64,000 nt of DNA from Octopus sinensis (taxonomy: Eukaryota): assembly GCF_006345805.1 (NCBI RefSeq), contig NC_042999.1, positions 139,934,001 to 139,998,000 on the forward strand, written 5' to 3'. This document shows, one piece after another, positions 62,411 to 64,000 of the stretch. Each line of letters begins with the position of its first letter. The first letter of the stretch is position 1. The notes beneath the pieces were generated by a model, which was given only the letters and a program-made list of their open reading frames with translations, did no database searches and was not told the origin of the DNA. A program made the translations under genes and the position numbers.

Positions 62411-63738
62411 AATTTTATTTTTTGAGTAATGATGGTTGCTTTTGATAAAATTCTATGGAGAAGGCAACTAAAGACTCTACCCCAATGACCTGCCCAAAAA
62501 TAGTGGGCAGCAAACATGGATGGCCATAGTGTATCTATTGTCTAAGATAGATATGTGTTATTTGAAGAAGATTTGCCTATGGTTCCTTGCAGGAATCACG
62601 TTGGCTTGTATTATTGCTAATAATTGTCAGATATGCTATTTCTAAAATTTCAGATTGAAAATAATATTCGGTTTCTATTTTAAAGACAGTTGAGAGATTC
62701 TTGGGGTAAATTTAAATACTATATAGAATCAGCGAAGAGTTTATGAAGAAGTTCCCTTGCGAGCTTGTATGGACCTCTTTTTAAAATTAACGAACATTTT
62801 ATTTACTAAATTCACCTTGTTGAGCAATTGAATAGAAGCTCTCACATTGGGTCATGGTGAGTGACCGTGACTGTAGATGTATGTGATGATAATGATGATG
62901 ATAGCTCCAAAGTCCATTCACCCCTTCCTATGTTAAACTTGTTATCTATACATGCTGATGTTTACATCATATTGGTGTTGTTTCAGGAGTGGTCCTTTAT
63001 CATTAATAAAATGCATGCATCTATGTCTCATTGTCACCGTTGTCGTCATCGACACTGTCTCCGCCATTGTTGCTATCACCACCGTCGTTGTTGTCATCAT
63101 CGTCGCCATCACCGTTGTCGTTGTCATTTTCTGTCTGCTTTCCATGCAAGCATGGATTGGATGGGTTGTCATGATCTGAGTCAGTTCTTATTCAAAAGGC
63201 CATATCATTCTTGTATGTTTCATTTTGGTTTGTTTTCTATGGCTGGATGCCTGTTCAATTATCAAACATTTTACAGACTGTACTGAGTGTATTTTGTCAT
63301 AGCGCTAGCACCAGAAAGGTTATCATGTTTTCAACAAGATTAAATGGTCTTCTTGACCCTGTGTTATCTCTGCTTGCTTGACCTGTCCTCTTTTTGTATC
63401 ACACCAGTACTAGAGAGGTGGCCTTCTACCCCTGTAAGTTCCCACTCCACGATGATGTATTTGGTAGAAGGGCCAGGATGGATGAGTTGTGGGGTGAGAG
63501 TATGATGTTTAGAAACAGAGTGATGGAGGTGAGAGGGAAGTAGAAGAAGAAAGCAAATGGTAGATAATAATAGATGTGGACTCTGGTAAGACTGAGTGAT
63601 GAAAGAGTGTATCGCGTACAAATAGAGACAGTGCAACTCCTTACATAGGCTTTGTGATTAGGAGATTGAGCAATAAAAATGGTGGGAGATTGGGTACAGA
63701 TAGATTCATTCCAACGATATACCTCGTTAAAGTGAATA

Positions 63739-63798
<60 letters not shown>

Positions 63799-63865
63799 CT
63801 TCGTCTACAAGTTCCATCTATTTTGAGAACCTTGCTTTTCTTTAGTAGCATTCAAGTATGCACAC

Positions 63866-64000
63866 ACGTGGTCTGATCAATAAGTATCCTGACTGTTGCT
63901 ATAGTAACGAAGCTAAAGCAAGCAGAGTGAAGCCGCTTGGTACAGATTGACCTTGAACTCTGCTGTGCATGCGCACTAAGTTTTAACGTTCTAGCTCATT
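63866..64000 (+). mobile_element. Probable left end of a mariner-type element running off the window
   Basis: cacgtggtctgatcaataagtatcc resembles mariner TIR starts; the right end is not visible. Confidence 0.4.

Noticed and set aside
63350-63720. Purine-rich stretch as a LINE endonuclease fragment
   Set aside because: I could not recover a convincing motif in any frame.

Overview
AT-rich, microsatellite-dense eukaryotic DNA. The SINE families and simple-repeat profile suggest an octopus (inference, not tested by search). No host protein-coding gene can be supported; nearly all ORFs in the supplied track are microsatellite artefacts or transposon relics. The window is a layered field of mobile elements: one young 5'-truncated L1/Tx1-clade LINE (open 502-aa RT/zinc-finger ORF) plus a second Tx1 3' end; decayed RTE, RTE-X-like, HERO-like, R4/Dong-like, Rex/Babar-like and I-group LINEs; Penelope-like (PLE) pieces; a Gypsy gag-pro-RT relic and two adjacent solo-LTR-like units; mariner, hAT and GGATC-ended DNA transposons; and several tRNA-headed SINE families. 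Most notable: (1) the commonest SINE ends in the same ~35 bp as the Tx1 LINE here, suggesting a SINE/Tx1 partnership, and it forms a head-to-tail trimer with a fixed truncation point; (2) about 11 minimal type I hammerhead-ribozyme motifs between 27 and 49 kb, several inside fold-back units next to (TA)n; (3) a DNA-transposon family with GGATCTTTTC termini and 8-bp TSDs in three architectures; (4) two different LTR-like units sharing one AATA target site; (5) a marked CpG drop after ~58.4 kb. Alignments and translations were done by eye; boundaries of decayed elements are approximate.
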